A stretch of DNA of 64,000 nucleotides, from positions 1 through 64,000 of the forward strand of contig NW_027272868.1 in NCBI RefSeq assembly GCF_040938485.1. The letters run 5' to 3'. How positions within the stretch are numbered: position 1 is the stretch's first letter; every line of letters starts with the position of its first letter. Made by a program: the position numbers and the translations under genes. Shown here piece after piece: positions 51,336-64,000 of this stretch. Source of the stretch: Diadema antillarum (lineage: Eukaryota). The notes under the pieces were generated by a model. It worked only from the letters and a program-made list of their open reading frames with translations. It was not told where the DNA came from and did no database searches.

Positions 51336-51567
51336 CTCCTTCTACTCTCTTGCACGTATTTCTATTCCCACGTGTTCGAACACGGCGGACTCTACAGGTG
51401 AACACTGCATGGCAATGGCACGTCCGACACCTAACACACTGGGGTTGGTGCTTTCTGTGGTGAAGCGCCCTCAGTCGCTCTCGCTTGAGGGCGAGGGAGT
51501 TGAGCCGGGCGCAGTTTGGCTCACAACAAATTGCCCCGACTACGGTACAAGGCGTCGCCATGGTCAT
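51336..51567 (-). CDS. Candidate first coding exon of the long ITPRID-like isoform (Cys/Arg-rich)
   Basis: CpG-rich region with ATG ACC ATG G (Kozak-like context at 51561). Open frame MATPCTVVGAICCEPNCARLNSLALKRERL... runs to a G|gtgcat donor in phase 1, matching the 46983 acceptor. The donor is weak. Confidence 0.4.
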
Positions 51568-52903
51568 CGCGGACAATCAGTCCATTGATTGGTGTCCGAG
51601 TTTTCGTCTCTTGAATCATTTCCCTCTTGCTTGGAGGAAAGTCCTCCTCCCTGGAATCCACAACAAATGTTCATCACGCGATATGCTGTCATCGTCCTGC
51701 ATCTCACCAGTTGATGGCAAAGTTGCAACTCGAAATTTCCTCTGAAGCAAGGGTGCAGCAAGCCCCATCAGACACCATTCTCTGGCAGTGTGCGAAACTC
51801 CACAAGTGGGCTGAATCTTTTGAATAACATGATCCTCCTTTTGAAAGTTATCTGAAACGATGCTTGCCCAATCGCTACAATTTGGCAACAAGACTGGTCG
51901 TACGAAGTCAGCATTCAAATGCAAGAATCTCCACACTCAACCCACGGCAGACTAACGATGATTGCCAGAATATGATGCAGCAACCTGTTCACCGAACGCG
52001 GGCAATGAAAATGATATGAGGGTAAACATGGTGTTTATCAAGCCACTGGGCTGGAACACTTCTCATGTAAACTGATATGTCTGAATCTACACAAGGCAAA
52101 GCTGAGAGGCACACCCTCTTCAAATGCATTCATGCATTCAAGCAGACATAGGACAGAACCTGTTACATTTGTGTCACCTCTGCTATGAATTGTTAGAGAC
52201 AATCCCTAAGAATTGATAATTATATTGTACTTCCACAATTGAGCAAGATGTTAAGGATTGTTTATAAATGCATTAGATGTGGAACAGATCCTTGAACATC
52301 TATCCAAAGCAACTGCAAAGTGACTTTTACTACCCTGTGAATTGCATCATCACTGAAAGATTTTGCATTGAATCTTCCTGAAAGAAGGAGAGGGATAGAG
52401 ATAAAGTATTAAAAGAGCATTCTGAAAATGAAATTTCTTGATCCAGAATGGAACTCCCTTAAGGCTGGCAAGAGCTAACAGTAATCACACAGAATCATTC
52501 TTGTCGAGAAGTAGCCTCATTACGGACAGCTTCACAAGCAAATTTACACTCAGCGGGCGCAGTATGAAAGATGCAGTGCTCATCGATCAAACAGTCTCCT
52601 AACTCCTAGGCTAACAAGAGACTACAATAATACCAGCAATAATGATACCAGGCTTGAGTCTTGTCATGTCACTGATGACTTGCGTTTACATAATTTCTCC
52701 AAAATTGGTTGAATAAACCCCAATGTGTACAACACTGGGGGGAAAGTGGGGTATCATGGAGATTGTTGATTCACAATGCTAGTATAACATATGATGGACT
52801 CAACTGAACCAACCCTTTTCATGTGCTTCTTACATTTGATATGTTTCATTCTTTGTTTGCTGGGGTTTTTTTTCAGTCTGAGAGTATTTCTTTTTAATAA
52901 TCA

Positions 52904-53091
52904 GAGTAAAACCAAAAAATATTCGCGGCATAAAATTTTTGCGAATTGGAGCCACAGCCTTTTTCGCAGCATAAAATTTCTGCAAATTGCCACTAGCATT
53001 CAGTGCATTTATAGCGTATTTAAATTTTGAAAATCTCGGCTCTCGCGAAACTCCCGAAATTAACTTGCACATGAAAATTTCTGGTTTGCAG
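52904..53091. mobile_element. Degenerate copy of the 15287 TA-MITE family
   Basis: tattcgcggca..aaattt..gcgaattggagcc.. and a terminal ggtttgcag|TA, similar to 15287-15493. Confidence 0.65.
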
Positions 53092-56000
53092 TATGCACTG
53101 CAAAGAAAACATGTTTTGGGTGCTAACATGGTGTTATACAGATCCTCTGCACTATTAGGAATTTCATGTCTTGGCCTGATTTCTAACCCCTTTTCTACGT
53201 GAATGACGATAATCAACAGTGACAGGGTGACTCAACGAATGACGTTTTTTTGAGGAAAATTCTTCATAAGCTTCAGCTAATTCGAACACAATGCGCATGT
53301 TGCTCATGCCCTGAGTCACCCTCACTAGTCAGAAGTCAGGGAAACCCCTTTCCCACACTGTATCATCTCTTTCCTGGTAATGAAATCATAGCGTAATATT
53401 TCCTGACCTTTCTGAATCATACAGTACCAGGATCAGATTAGAAACTTTAATATGCATTGCAACCACTTAAAAGCAACAGCTTTATGTGCTAGTCGTTGTA
53501 CATGTAACTGTTTTGTTTTCTTTTCAATGACATGAATGTCATGACACTGTGTGCCTAATATGAAAACATCATTCTAGAACAAGAAAAAAAGTTCATAAGT
53601 AATATGAAATGTAATTTCATCGCGAACAATGTCCTAAGGTGGCAATGAGATATAACGGTCTGTGCTATACACGTGTACCTAAAATTGTATATTGTAGTCT
53701 TCCATGCCTGAGCGATTACTTGGAGCTATTAAAACAAAATAAACATTAACATGACTGACAAAAAGGGAGGGGGGAATAACAAGTACAAATGTACTCAGTA
53801 TGCTAATGTGAATTTGGATTCGAAATCATCCAGAAAAACCTGTCAATAAATGAAACAGCAAGTGAAAAGAAGCCCAAGTAATTATACAAATCCATATGAC
53901 ACCAAGCACATTGACTCTATTGAAAAGAGTTCACTTTTTCATCTGTCAAAACACAGATTAAAAAAAAAAATGATCACAAACATTTGTGACACAAAAATCT
54001 ATTAAAAAATACATGTACATATAATATACATCCTATGATTACATTTTTGTCACTGCCCACGAAACCAGTTAAAGACTGTACCAGCCGAGAAATGAGAGGT
54101 TGACAGCTCGGAAGAACTACAAGCCAAGAATGAAAACAATATTGCTAGTCGGTAACGTCACACATCGTAACTTCCTGCTGGTTCCTGCTCTTTTCATATA
54201 TCCTGAAAATAAACACAAACTCCTTCCTACTCCTTGAGTGTAGTATGCGCTTCCACCACGATGATGAGCTGCATCGTCTCAAGCACAGCGAAGCAACCCA
54301 ATTTCCTTGCGCTTAATTCCAACGTCATCGCGAAAGCTGAAAAATATGTGCAGAGTTACATATTCCAGATCAATTTTCCCCTCTCAGCTGTAAACTTTTC
54401 CACTGTATCTGCAGCACGGCCAATGCACACATATGCTCCCTATACATCCAGACTTCATTCTCGCTCCTCTCTCTCTGTGACTACCGTACAAGGACAGCAT
54501 CAATGCTCATGAGCCTGACAAATATAGCCATTGGAGGAGATACTCTTTGGCAAGCATTATCTCTCTCTCTCTCTCTTTGAGATGGAGGAGGAGGTGGTGG
54601 TGGTGGTAGTGGTGGCGGCAGTGGTGATGGGGGAGGGTGGGAGGGGAAAGTGGGGTATGAATTCTCTAGACTTTTGACTAGAATCAGAAACCTGTTGAGA
54701 AAACAACAACATTTTCTCCGCCTGAGAAGGAACAATATCACTCTTGGAGTGAACTCCTACTCGCTCAAAGTGTGATGTTTGCCAAGCCCTTCTTCAAGTG
54801 AGCGTTGCCCCTCCCCCCAAAAGTGATTAATATGGGAATTTCAAAATGTACTGTCACAGCTATTAACTCAAATGACAACAGAACAACATATATCTGGGTA
54901 CTTCATATCTGCTATACGAATGGCCAAAAAAAAAAAATTGTAAAGTAAAATACCCTCATAACCAGTCTGAGCAAGTCTCATTTCCCAGGAAATTAAAATT
55001 GGGTTGTGTGCTTTCAAAGTAACAAGACTTTCAATGGATATGATAAAGTGAAGATTGAAACATCGTTTTCAATTTTGTTTTTGAAGATTGAGAATTAAGT
55101 CTGGTAATTCAGTCTGCCAATAGATCTTTCTTATTTTCTTCTTTTTTTTTTTGGTTGTTTCAGGTCTTCATGTGCATTCATTGTTTTTTATTCCATTTTA
55201 ACCTCTTAAATCATGACATTTACCAATCCTAACATTGCAGAAATGTGATTTCTTTCATTGATGAATATTAAATTTGGTGCTCATTTTGATTCTGTACCAA
55301 CGGAATGTAGTGTTCAGAGCCACACCCTAGCACTGGCTCTCTCTTTTTATAGCTACACCGTAGCTGGTAGGTTTATAAATATACTTGTGTGCATGCTACA
55401 TGCATGCTTAGTTTTACTAAAAAGCTATGGTTTAGGCCAGGCCCACTGATAGCATATTTGCATAGTACTGTTCATACACGTATAGGTATAGCTACAGCGT
55501 GTAGCTTGAACGAAAGTTGTGACCAGACCATCAACACGGCTTCTGAGCACATTATTTACACTTCAAATTTTAACCAAGAAAATCAAGAATCAATTGAATC
55601 AACAAATTTCTTGATGACGATGATGATGATGGTCATGCTGTAGTAGATGAGGAAAGCATGGCTTGTGAAAGCGCGAGAAGTTTTGGGGATAAAAGTAAGG
55701 AATATGGTAAAGACCATGGAGAAGTTGGAGAAGAAGGAGACGGCACCAATGACCCACTAGCTGGTCAATCCAGAGCAACGGGAGGATTGTGCTGATGGAT
55801 ATCCCACTGCCTTGCTGTCACAAACCTTTCCCGCAAGAAGATGAGATGGGCAGTTTTGAAGATGCTCTTGAAATATTTGGATCCTGAACATCTGGAAAGT
55901 AATACTGTGAGTACCTGGTATGGAGCAATGAGATCTGGTAAAACTCTTGTTGGCTACTTCTCCAGTTTTTATGAAGTGGCTGTTACTGACTTCTACTGCT

Positions 56001-58429
56001 ACTGTTTCTATCAGCATTTAGAGAGAACAATTCTACATCTACCTAGTAGTACCAGTTAGGTACAAAAAGATCATTATGAAGTAGATTTTACTGACTTCTG
56101 CTTTTGCTGTTTCTTTTAGCATTTTCAATTCCAAATAATTCCAAACAATTCCAAATCTACTTTACTAGTCCCAGCCAGCTAGGTACATAGGTCAAACTAT
56201 ATCTAGACTTTAAGTCATTTTTTTTTCGAAAAAAAAAGAAGATTAAGAAAAAACAATTTCTTTTTTTAAAGAAAAAAAAAGATTAAACTAGGTGCCAAAT
56301 GTCTCCACCTTATACTTCAAAACTTACTTGCTATATTAGTCCTTTTGGAAAAAGTGGTGATACAATGTAGGTCAAAGGTGAAGCATATTACATATTCCTA
56401 CACCTATTCAATTACTTTTTGCAATATCAGGGGGTGCCCGAGGCCAAGCCCGCTGCAGAGGCCTAGTGAGTGCTGCAGAGGCGTAGCAAGTTCTTGTCAC
56501 AATGTTGCTTCTTTTCTCTTGGCACATTATCATAAATGCAACAAAAGCTCTGAATATAACTTTAAATCTTTCTCTCTCTGGGGGCGATCATGGTGAAGCT
56601 TCATTCTTTCCTGTTCAACTGAAAAAGCCAAAATTTTCTACAGAAAATTGGGAAACAGCATGTGTTTGGCATGAGAATAGGCACAGGTGAACAGTTAAGA
56701 CGATGTTCAAAGAATAACCCCAATTCTCCATTCAAATTGTCCCATATTTGTGAGCAAAGGAATTCTCAATGGCAGAGTATTGCTAGCAACAATTAACACA
56801 TGTCCATGTTCGAAATGTTCTTCGAAGTAATTTATCCATGTGCTGATCAGTGGCATTTACACTGACGAGAATTAGCGGCACACAAATTTTGAGATCTGCC
56901 TCACAATCAATCTCTTCAGATTTTTGCTAGTGTGGACAATGTGAATTGTTTATTATACATTTTACACATTTACACAGAAATACACCACACATACAACAGT
57001 TAGTAAATGTACTATTAAAATATATGTATGGTTCTTCAAAATTGTTACACTATGCCCTTTAAATGTAGCTAAGTTACGAGCCTACCGTTAAACCAGTCTT
57101 TCACTCTAGGGTCACTAGCCAACATTGCATTCACACCAATCCTTGGCGGTGCATTAAACCATTGTACACAGACGCTCACAAAGATGACAAGACGGCAAGG
57201 AAGTCGAAACCTGAATGTACATTGATCGCATCTCCGCCAGTGACTGACCTGATAAAGAATACATATTTCATATACCTCTTTTTGCCTAAGAGCCCATACA
57301 GTACTTGAAATCTCTCTCTCTGTTTTTTTTTTTCTTCTTTTCTCTTTATTGCCAGTAGAGAAAAACACACTTTGCTACTCAGAGGTATTGACCACAAGCG
57401 AGACAAACTTCATCTTTGAAGAGTGGTACATACGTATGAGCTTTAGAATCTTCATTTGAAACTGTATTGTGTGTGCATATACAAGTGTACATGTATCTAA
57501 AATATTTTTGTCTTCCACAACTGCTGAGCTAAGGCTGGAAATGTCAGCTTGCCATCACAAAACAATGTACAAGAAAGGCATTCCTTCTGTGTCTTGAATG
57601 CTGGAGAACTAAACCGAACATTTCAGACCGCTGCAGAACATGCACTGTGCACAGATTCACACAGAGAATATGAACACTGTGAATGTGAGCAAGTTCATGA
57701 CCTACTGGTTAAAGCCTGATCATGTTGAATTTCAAAACGTGTGTCCATTTCTTTCCCCCTTCTACTAATCCCCCCCCCCCTTTCCATGAAAGGAAAACCT
57801 AATCAATGTAACTCATATTCCCCTCTTTTCAGACAAATCAGTAGAGTGTAGATCACATCACCAGGGAGTTGTTCCCTCGACGATATAATCATCCTGCAAC
57901 CTGAAAGCCTGAGGACACTTGATGGCTGATGCCACAAAAACTATTTCACCTGTTGATTCTCAGCTCTGATAACATCGCTACAGTCAGATTGATAATGTAG
58001 GAAATTTTGAACACGGCCACCAGAAATGTATATCTGATTAATTAATGCACCGCATTATCCTCTTAGGTATGTGGTTGTGGGGAGGGTGGGGTGGGGGTGA
58101 TGGGTTAAGGGACAAGAAAGGATGAGGAAGAATTTGTAATGTACTGGTAGTACAAGAAAATAGAATGATACATTCAAAGCAATATGCTCCATGACATCGT
58201 AGACTGCGATAACTGTAAAGATGCCTCCTCCATTCAGCCCTCGGGGGAATTTTGCTATACCAATTATCATTCTGTCATCTTTAATTGGGCACCACTGGAT
58301 TCAACTATTATAGTGGTAATGATCTGATAAAAACTGGTTTATAAAAAGAATAAATCTGCACTATTCAGAGAAAAAAGGTGTAATTCTAACCATTTAATTA
58401 TCATTGCTATTGTTAGTCTTACTCTTCTT

Positions 58430-58580
58430 TTTCTTCTTCTTATTATTATTACTATTATTTTTATCATTATCATTATCATCATCATCATTATTATTATTGT
58501 TGTTGTTGTTATCTTTATTATCATTAATACTACTACTACAAGTAATATTATTTTAATTATAACTATTATAATTACTATTC
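58430..58580. repeat. (TTA/TCA/TTG)n compound microsatellite
   Basis: Direct reading; coordinates approximate. Confidence 0.9.
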
Positions 58581-60280
58581 ATTTAGCATTTCAACAAAAA
58601 ATACAAACAGAAAATCATTAATGCATGACATAAAAAATAATGAGACTCTACAACATAGGTGCAAAATTCTTCCAAAATGAAGAACCAATTTAGGATGTTG
58701 TCTATCATATACCCAAGCTTGTATTTAAATGAAGCACTCAGGAGGCTTTTACAAAAGCTGAAAAAAAAACCAACCCAAAACAAGTACCTTATAAACGATT
58801 AAAGGTTCACCTAAAAGACAATTTATGCAAATTGTTGCATACTGGAATGGCTTGCAATGGCAGCCCTGAAAACGAAAATGAAAAACTTTGACACACTTTA
58901 AATTGCAAACTCTCCATGCCATTCCAACTCTGCAGTAACTGACAATATTGACCCTACACCTTATCAAACAAATTATGCAATACACCCTTGATCATTGGTA
59001 CTAAACACATAAATGCACCAAAAAGACATTCAAAAGAGCCCTACCTCATGGAACACTCAGATACAGTATAACATTTAAGGTCTACTGTCCATGACTGTTT
59101 TCTTGCCATTTGGGAATGAGAGGTTTAAAGAGATCCTTGCCTTGCATTTGTTTACAAACATCCCTTTATATCAAGAGCACTAAAAATATTTTGCTAATTA
59201 TGATTGTAAGACAATTTTGTGAGTGCTTCGATACGTGATCAAAAACAATCTTATGGGGGGGGGGGGGTATCCCTTTTCAAGAAGAGATTTTTGTGATAGC
59301 TTAACTAGGGAGACAAAATACAAAATACACTTATGATGATGGGGTAGTATTATTTTTCTGTGGGGACTTGCAAAACAGAGCTCCTTCAAAGCCGGCAGCA
59401 TAATTGACACTTGAGGCGAGCTTTAATTCAGAGCTCAGAAAAAAAGGTGTTCTGGTCAACATTATTGTCTATGGGAATTGTGAGGGTTGATTACCAAGAA
59501 ATATGATATTCCTAGCTTTACGGCCAGAGATAATAAAATGTAGCAATCATGCAGTACTCACATTGTATGCCCACGACTGATTGGGGGGGGGGGGGGGGGG
59601 GGGGGGGGGTATTGGCTTACACTCCGATGAATAAACCTAGCTTTTGGGTAGATTTTACAGGCTATAATGAAAAATCTCACATTCTGTACTTCAGCGGTAC
59701 AGATTTTTGTTTTCGATATTGAAAACTGAGAAAAAAAAATGTTGCCTCAAGCAGAAAAAAACAAAACAAATAAAAAACTTGTTAACAGAAATGTCTGATG
59801 TGAAATCTCAGTATTTTGATGTACCTGGTGTGTTTAGTTTGTAATTTTTCTCAATCAATTCCCTTAATACAACTTTTGTAACAAATACAATTTCTTACTT
59901 ATGGTTGGCAGCTCTGCCTTGGTCTTCTTCAAACTGAGACTCTTTGGTTTTGAAACACTTTTTGGCAAAATTAAATTAAAGCAGTAAACTACTTCCTATA
60001 TCATTTATTATCATTATTCCAATTTATTATATCTATTTATTATTATCAATTCTTCCTTCGAGGAATTTTTCACTAAGTAGTGCTGCTTAAAAGTATTTTA
60101 TTGATTGTGTAGTAGACTTCATTTACTTCACACCAATAGCAAAACTGTGGTTGGCAATGTTACATGTGTGGTGTATTTCATACTATGTGTAAAGTACAGG
60201 TTTCATATCATGCAAACCGTTATACTAGTATCAATCTCTCACCAGATTTTTAACCCAGTCACTGTCATTAGTACACCCAG

Positions 60281-60397
60281 GCCCCGTTTTATCAAAAGAT
60301 AAAATCAATTTCAAATTTCCTTACCACACAGGCTGCCATAGACTTGCAGTTGAAATCAACTATATAATCAATTTTAACTCTTCACAAAACAGGGCTC
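60281..60397. mobile_element. Harbinger-like MITE (degenerate)
   Basis: CAG|GCCCCGTTTT ... AAAACAGGGCTC|CAG. Confidence 0.5.
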
Positions 60398-61413
60398 CAG
60401 TCTCTTAACAGAATGTCTCTGGTACATTGTGTTGGCAGTCCTGAGTGGTTTAATACATTCTTTTCCGGGCATCTACATGTACAAAATGACATTAGATATT
60501 TAATAGCTCTGACTGCCTTACCAAGAAATGAGAGAACAGAAATAAAAGATGGAAAAAACCTTGTACTGTTGCACAGCAGCAGTCAATGACAAAGAACTTC
60601 ATGTCGTAAAATTCGTACTTCATCTACTTCAATACCCCATACAAGCATTTTTCTCTCCTTCCTTTTTTACCCCTCATTTATTTCATCTTTCGAACAGCTC
60701 TCTTGCATGAATAATGTATAAAATCTCCCACACAGCAGCCTACTTCACATCAACCTCACAATACCATTTCAACTGTACAGACAGTCATATACATGTACAA
60801 CAATGGTCCTCTGTGAATCATTCTTTCACAGCCTTACCCTAACCATTGGCATTGCATAAATTTCAGATTAAATCTCAAATCTCAAATCCTTCAGGAGAAT
60901 CTCCTTTCTACAAAGCATTCACAGAATCAAGTACAAGAATCTTGTAAAATATGGGGAAAACACCAAGTGCCTACCAGTAGCAGAGAATCATTTTCCTGGT
61001 ATTGCATAGCAATTTACCATACATTTTGGATGTGACTGCTACACAAAATTTCATTTGCATAGCAATTCATTACATAGAGTTGGACATCATTTTGTTCAAA
61101 AATATTGTCCATCAACTAAAAGTATCTACTCAATTTTGAGAAGGAATATTTTTTTTCCCTGATAAGATATGAAATGATCACTTTGACCAAAACAAAACAA
61201 AACAAAGAGGTAAAGAAAGATAAAGCCTATTCTCACTATCACAAGAACACAAGAAAACAGAAATAGCAACAAGGTTCAGCAGTCTTTCACAAACATACTT
61301 TACACATACATGGCAACTGCTTTTTAAACAATCGTCATTTCTGCCTCCTGTTGCATTGCACATCAACACCCTACAAATAGCAAGCCAGGGTAACTACAGA
61401 ACATATACAACAT

Positions 61414-61418
<5 letters not shown>

Positions 61419-61462
<44 letters not shown>
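61419..61462. repeat. (CT)n microsatellite
   Basis: Direct reading; coordinates approximate. Confidence 0.95.
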
Positions 61463-61467
<5 letters not shown>

Positions 61468-62325
61468 GTTGCGTGTGTGTCTGGCTGTATGTAGTCTTGT
61501 AGGCTTTTGGGAATGTTGAAGTCGAATTAACTATGGTCATCAATATGACATTTAATACTTGAGCAGTAGAGGGCGCAGTCACACTTACTAGTTCAAACTT
61601 CATTTGGTTGACAGAAAGCATAATCTATATTGGGTTTTGTTTTGTTTTGTTTTTCTTTCTCTCTCTCTTTTGTACTTTTCCAGTTGTCATAGTAAGTACA
61701 TTTTAAATCAAATACACTGTAAATTGCAGCTGTAGCTAACAGGCATAACAATCACATCTTGTACAAAGTATATTGCATCAAATTGTATCTCGGAACAGAT
61801 GAATGTTTTACAAAGAATTGTATTGAACACTCAAAGGGGGTTGTTTCGAATCTGAAACTGTAAAACACACGGTACTACTGTAGAAATATATGGGCATAAA
61901 ACTCACTAAATGTTGCCAGGAAATTGGATATTGAAGTTTTGGTATTGAGGTTTTGGAATTGGATTTGAAGTTTTTTAAAGGTTTGATACAATGTGCTGCC
62001 CTCTTCAGGCAGGAACTCTACAACTGTACTATTCACGATGCTGCAGCAATGGGAACAATATACACAAGTTATTACAAGGAATTTCACAAAATTTCATGAG
62101 TGAACACATTCCCTTATCCTATTGCTAACAAATATTAAGGCAAATATTACTGTCCATGCATAAGAGCTTCCGAAAACTGTTCTTTTGATGCTCACACACA
62201 CACACACACACATGCACACACACAAATCTGATATTGTGTGTCTATGCGGGTGTGATATTTCCTGTAAACAAATAACATTAGCAAGAGTTTCAACATCTCC
62301 CAACACTATTAAGACCTGTCTTTAA

Positions 62326-62417
62326 CCCGTGGAGGACAAGTCCAGAGTATACTTTGTACTTGGGCAGGTGTCTATGGGAAATGCACGTTGTGGCAAAATC
62401 AGTCTGTCCTCAATGGG
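62326..62417. mobile_element. TTAA MITE, copy 4 (92 bp, diverged)
   Basis: TTAA|CCCGTGGAGGAC ... GTCCTCAATGGG|TTAA. Confidence 0.8.
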
Positions 62418-62809
62418 TTAAAAGCCCATTGTGTGCCAAAGAACTTACTACAGCTATAACTTGCCATCCATGCTCTTCAATAAGCAGTCACTTAACCCCC
62501 CCCCCCCCCCCCCCCCCCCCAATTGTAAGTTAGCCAGTCCATTCGGGCAAAACAAATGTGCATCGGTCCAACAAGAAGGCCATGATGAAACGACAAGGAA
62601 GAAAAGGGGACTACAAGTAATCTCTATTTATTTGACACTTACACAGTAGTTCCAAACATCTGTGTCAATCGGCGAAAAAAGCACTCCAGCCAATGTGCCA
62701 ATCCACGAGCATCGCACAGCAGCTATTAAACCCTCTTGACTTGATCCTCATCATAGCTTGTAGTTTACACTGGCTGCAGGTGTCCCAGGTTCTGGGCTAG
62801 GATTCATCA

Positions 62810-63000
62810 GGAGGCTAGAGTGTCTGCTCTCCAAGCAGCTCTGTTTAGTGGGTCAGGTCCTCTATTTTTTCTTGTCAACCTTGATACATTCAGACCATGT
62901 CTTCCTTGGTCTCCCACGCCCTCTAGAGCTGGGAATCGCCCAAGTGCACACCCCAAAAATCTTTTGTATGATCTGACCGTCAAACACCTGTCCCTCCTGA
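62810..63000 (-). mobile_element. 3' fragment of an RTE-clade LINE (frameshifted)
   Basis: RGRGRPRKTWSECIKVD followed, in another frame, by DPLNRAAWR; this is the typical C-terminal signature of RTE-type ORFs. Confidence 0.7.
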
Positions 63001-64000
63001 CAACTGATTTCTGCATTGTAATGGACAATTCCAGCAACAAATGAGGTTCTGACAGACTTTGATGGATGGCCCTGTTTTGATAAACCCATAATGGCTATTT
63101 ACAGTTTCCTCAGGTCTCTTACACCTGCAAGTGACGTACAGTCACAAGTTAGTTTAAGTGAGGTTAAGCTCCTCAGTACCACCCGCCACCACCAGATGCC
63201 TTTGACACTGTATATAAGCAAGAGGCCTGCAGTAATAAAAGGGTTAAGACAGCTGAGTTTCTACAGACCCATTTATACTGGCAACAACCAATTTTGAAAA
63301 GACAGAAAAAAGGATTTTTTTGTTTGTTTGTTCAATGATCTCCTTGGAACATTGCCAGAAAAAGAAAAAGAAAAACCTGTGAAGCAGAACTCAACATTTT
63401 ACCTACCAATTAAACTTTATGGGAGTTTTATCGTATTTTTTCTTTTTACAATTTGTATGTAGCTACTGCAGGTAGCATGCCATTTTTTGTGTGGTAGAGC
63501 TTGTAGAACCTGCTATAAGGCATACAACTTACAAATTCACGGAAACAATCAAAATGTGAGAAAAGCCTATGTTTGTAAAAGTTCTGCTATTTAAAAGCAA
63601 ATATGCCCCTTATCTTGAATCATAGCTCCTATCATAAAGGGTCGAACACTTTCAAAGCATCCTGTCTCTTTTTCATATCAATGTATTCTGTTTGCACTGT
63701 ACAGTATGTGCACAGACACTCGTAAGATTGAACACTTTCTCTTGAATTTCTCTAATTTTTGAACTGGCTGACTTCTTTTTATGATGCAGTGAACAGAAGT
63801 AGAAGAAGGAGAAAAGTGGAAGCATCCAAGCAGTGTCCAATAAGTGTCAAGTCAGTCTGAATAGTGTTAAGTCAATCCGATGTACGCTAGACTTGTGTTG
63901 TGCGACTACCAGGTGTGTCCAGCCAAAGTCCTATGATGATCTGCTGAGTTTCCGACAATTAAACAGTCGTTGGACATGTTATCTTGAGTCTTGGATCTGA

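Noticed and set aside
55640-55990. Coding-like purine-rich plus-strand stretch
   Set aside because: All frames are interrupted and I recognise no motif; possibly a decayed retroelement, but it cannot be supported.
1-64000. tRNA, rRNA, snRNA or tRNA-derived SINE heads
   Set aside because: No A/B-box pair, cloverleaf or conserved rRNA/snRNA segment was seen by eye; a covariance-model scan would be needed to exclude them.

Overview
AT-rich eukaryotic genomic DNA with spliceosomal introns, microsatellites and many MITEs. It looks like a marine invertebrate, probably an echinoderm, but that is inferred from composition and repeat style only. Most of the window is one large minus-strand gene of the ITPRID2/SSFA2(KRAP)-ITPRID1-TESPA1 family of IP3-receptor-interacting proteins. 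Seven phase-consistent core exons can be traced by hand (46983-46866, 42448-42287, 19361-19174, 16335-15620, 11111-11033, 9011-7114, 6712-6659), and the 3' end appears to lie beyond base 1. Three different upstream exons each end in a phase-2 donor compatible with the acceptor of the IP3R-binding-domain exon, which suggests swappable N-termini from alternative promoters; RFX X-box motifs lie near candidate starts. An intron near the left edge holds an uninterrupted 860-aa Sola2-like DDD transposase ORF, bracketed by a 21-bp perfect direct repeat, with no TIR pair visible. The rest is non-autonomous DNA transposons (piggyBac-like, Kolobok-like, Sola1-like, Tc1/mariner-like, Harbinger-like), two Helentron-type elements (one with a 324-bp tandem array), an RTE LINE fragment and microsatellites. 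I found no rRNA, tRNA, CRISPR or prokaryote-like features. All coordinates and splice sites were read by eye, with no database search.
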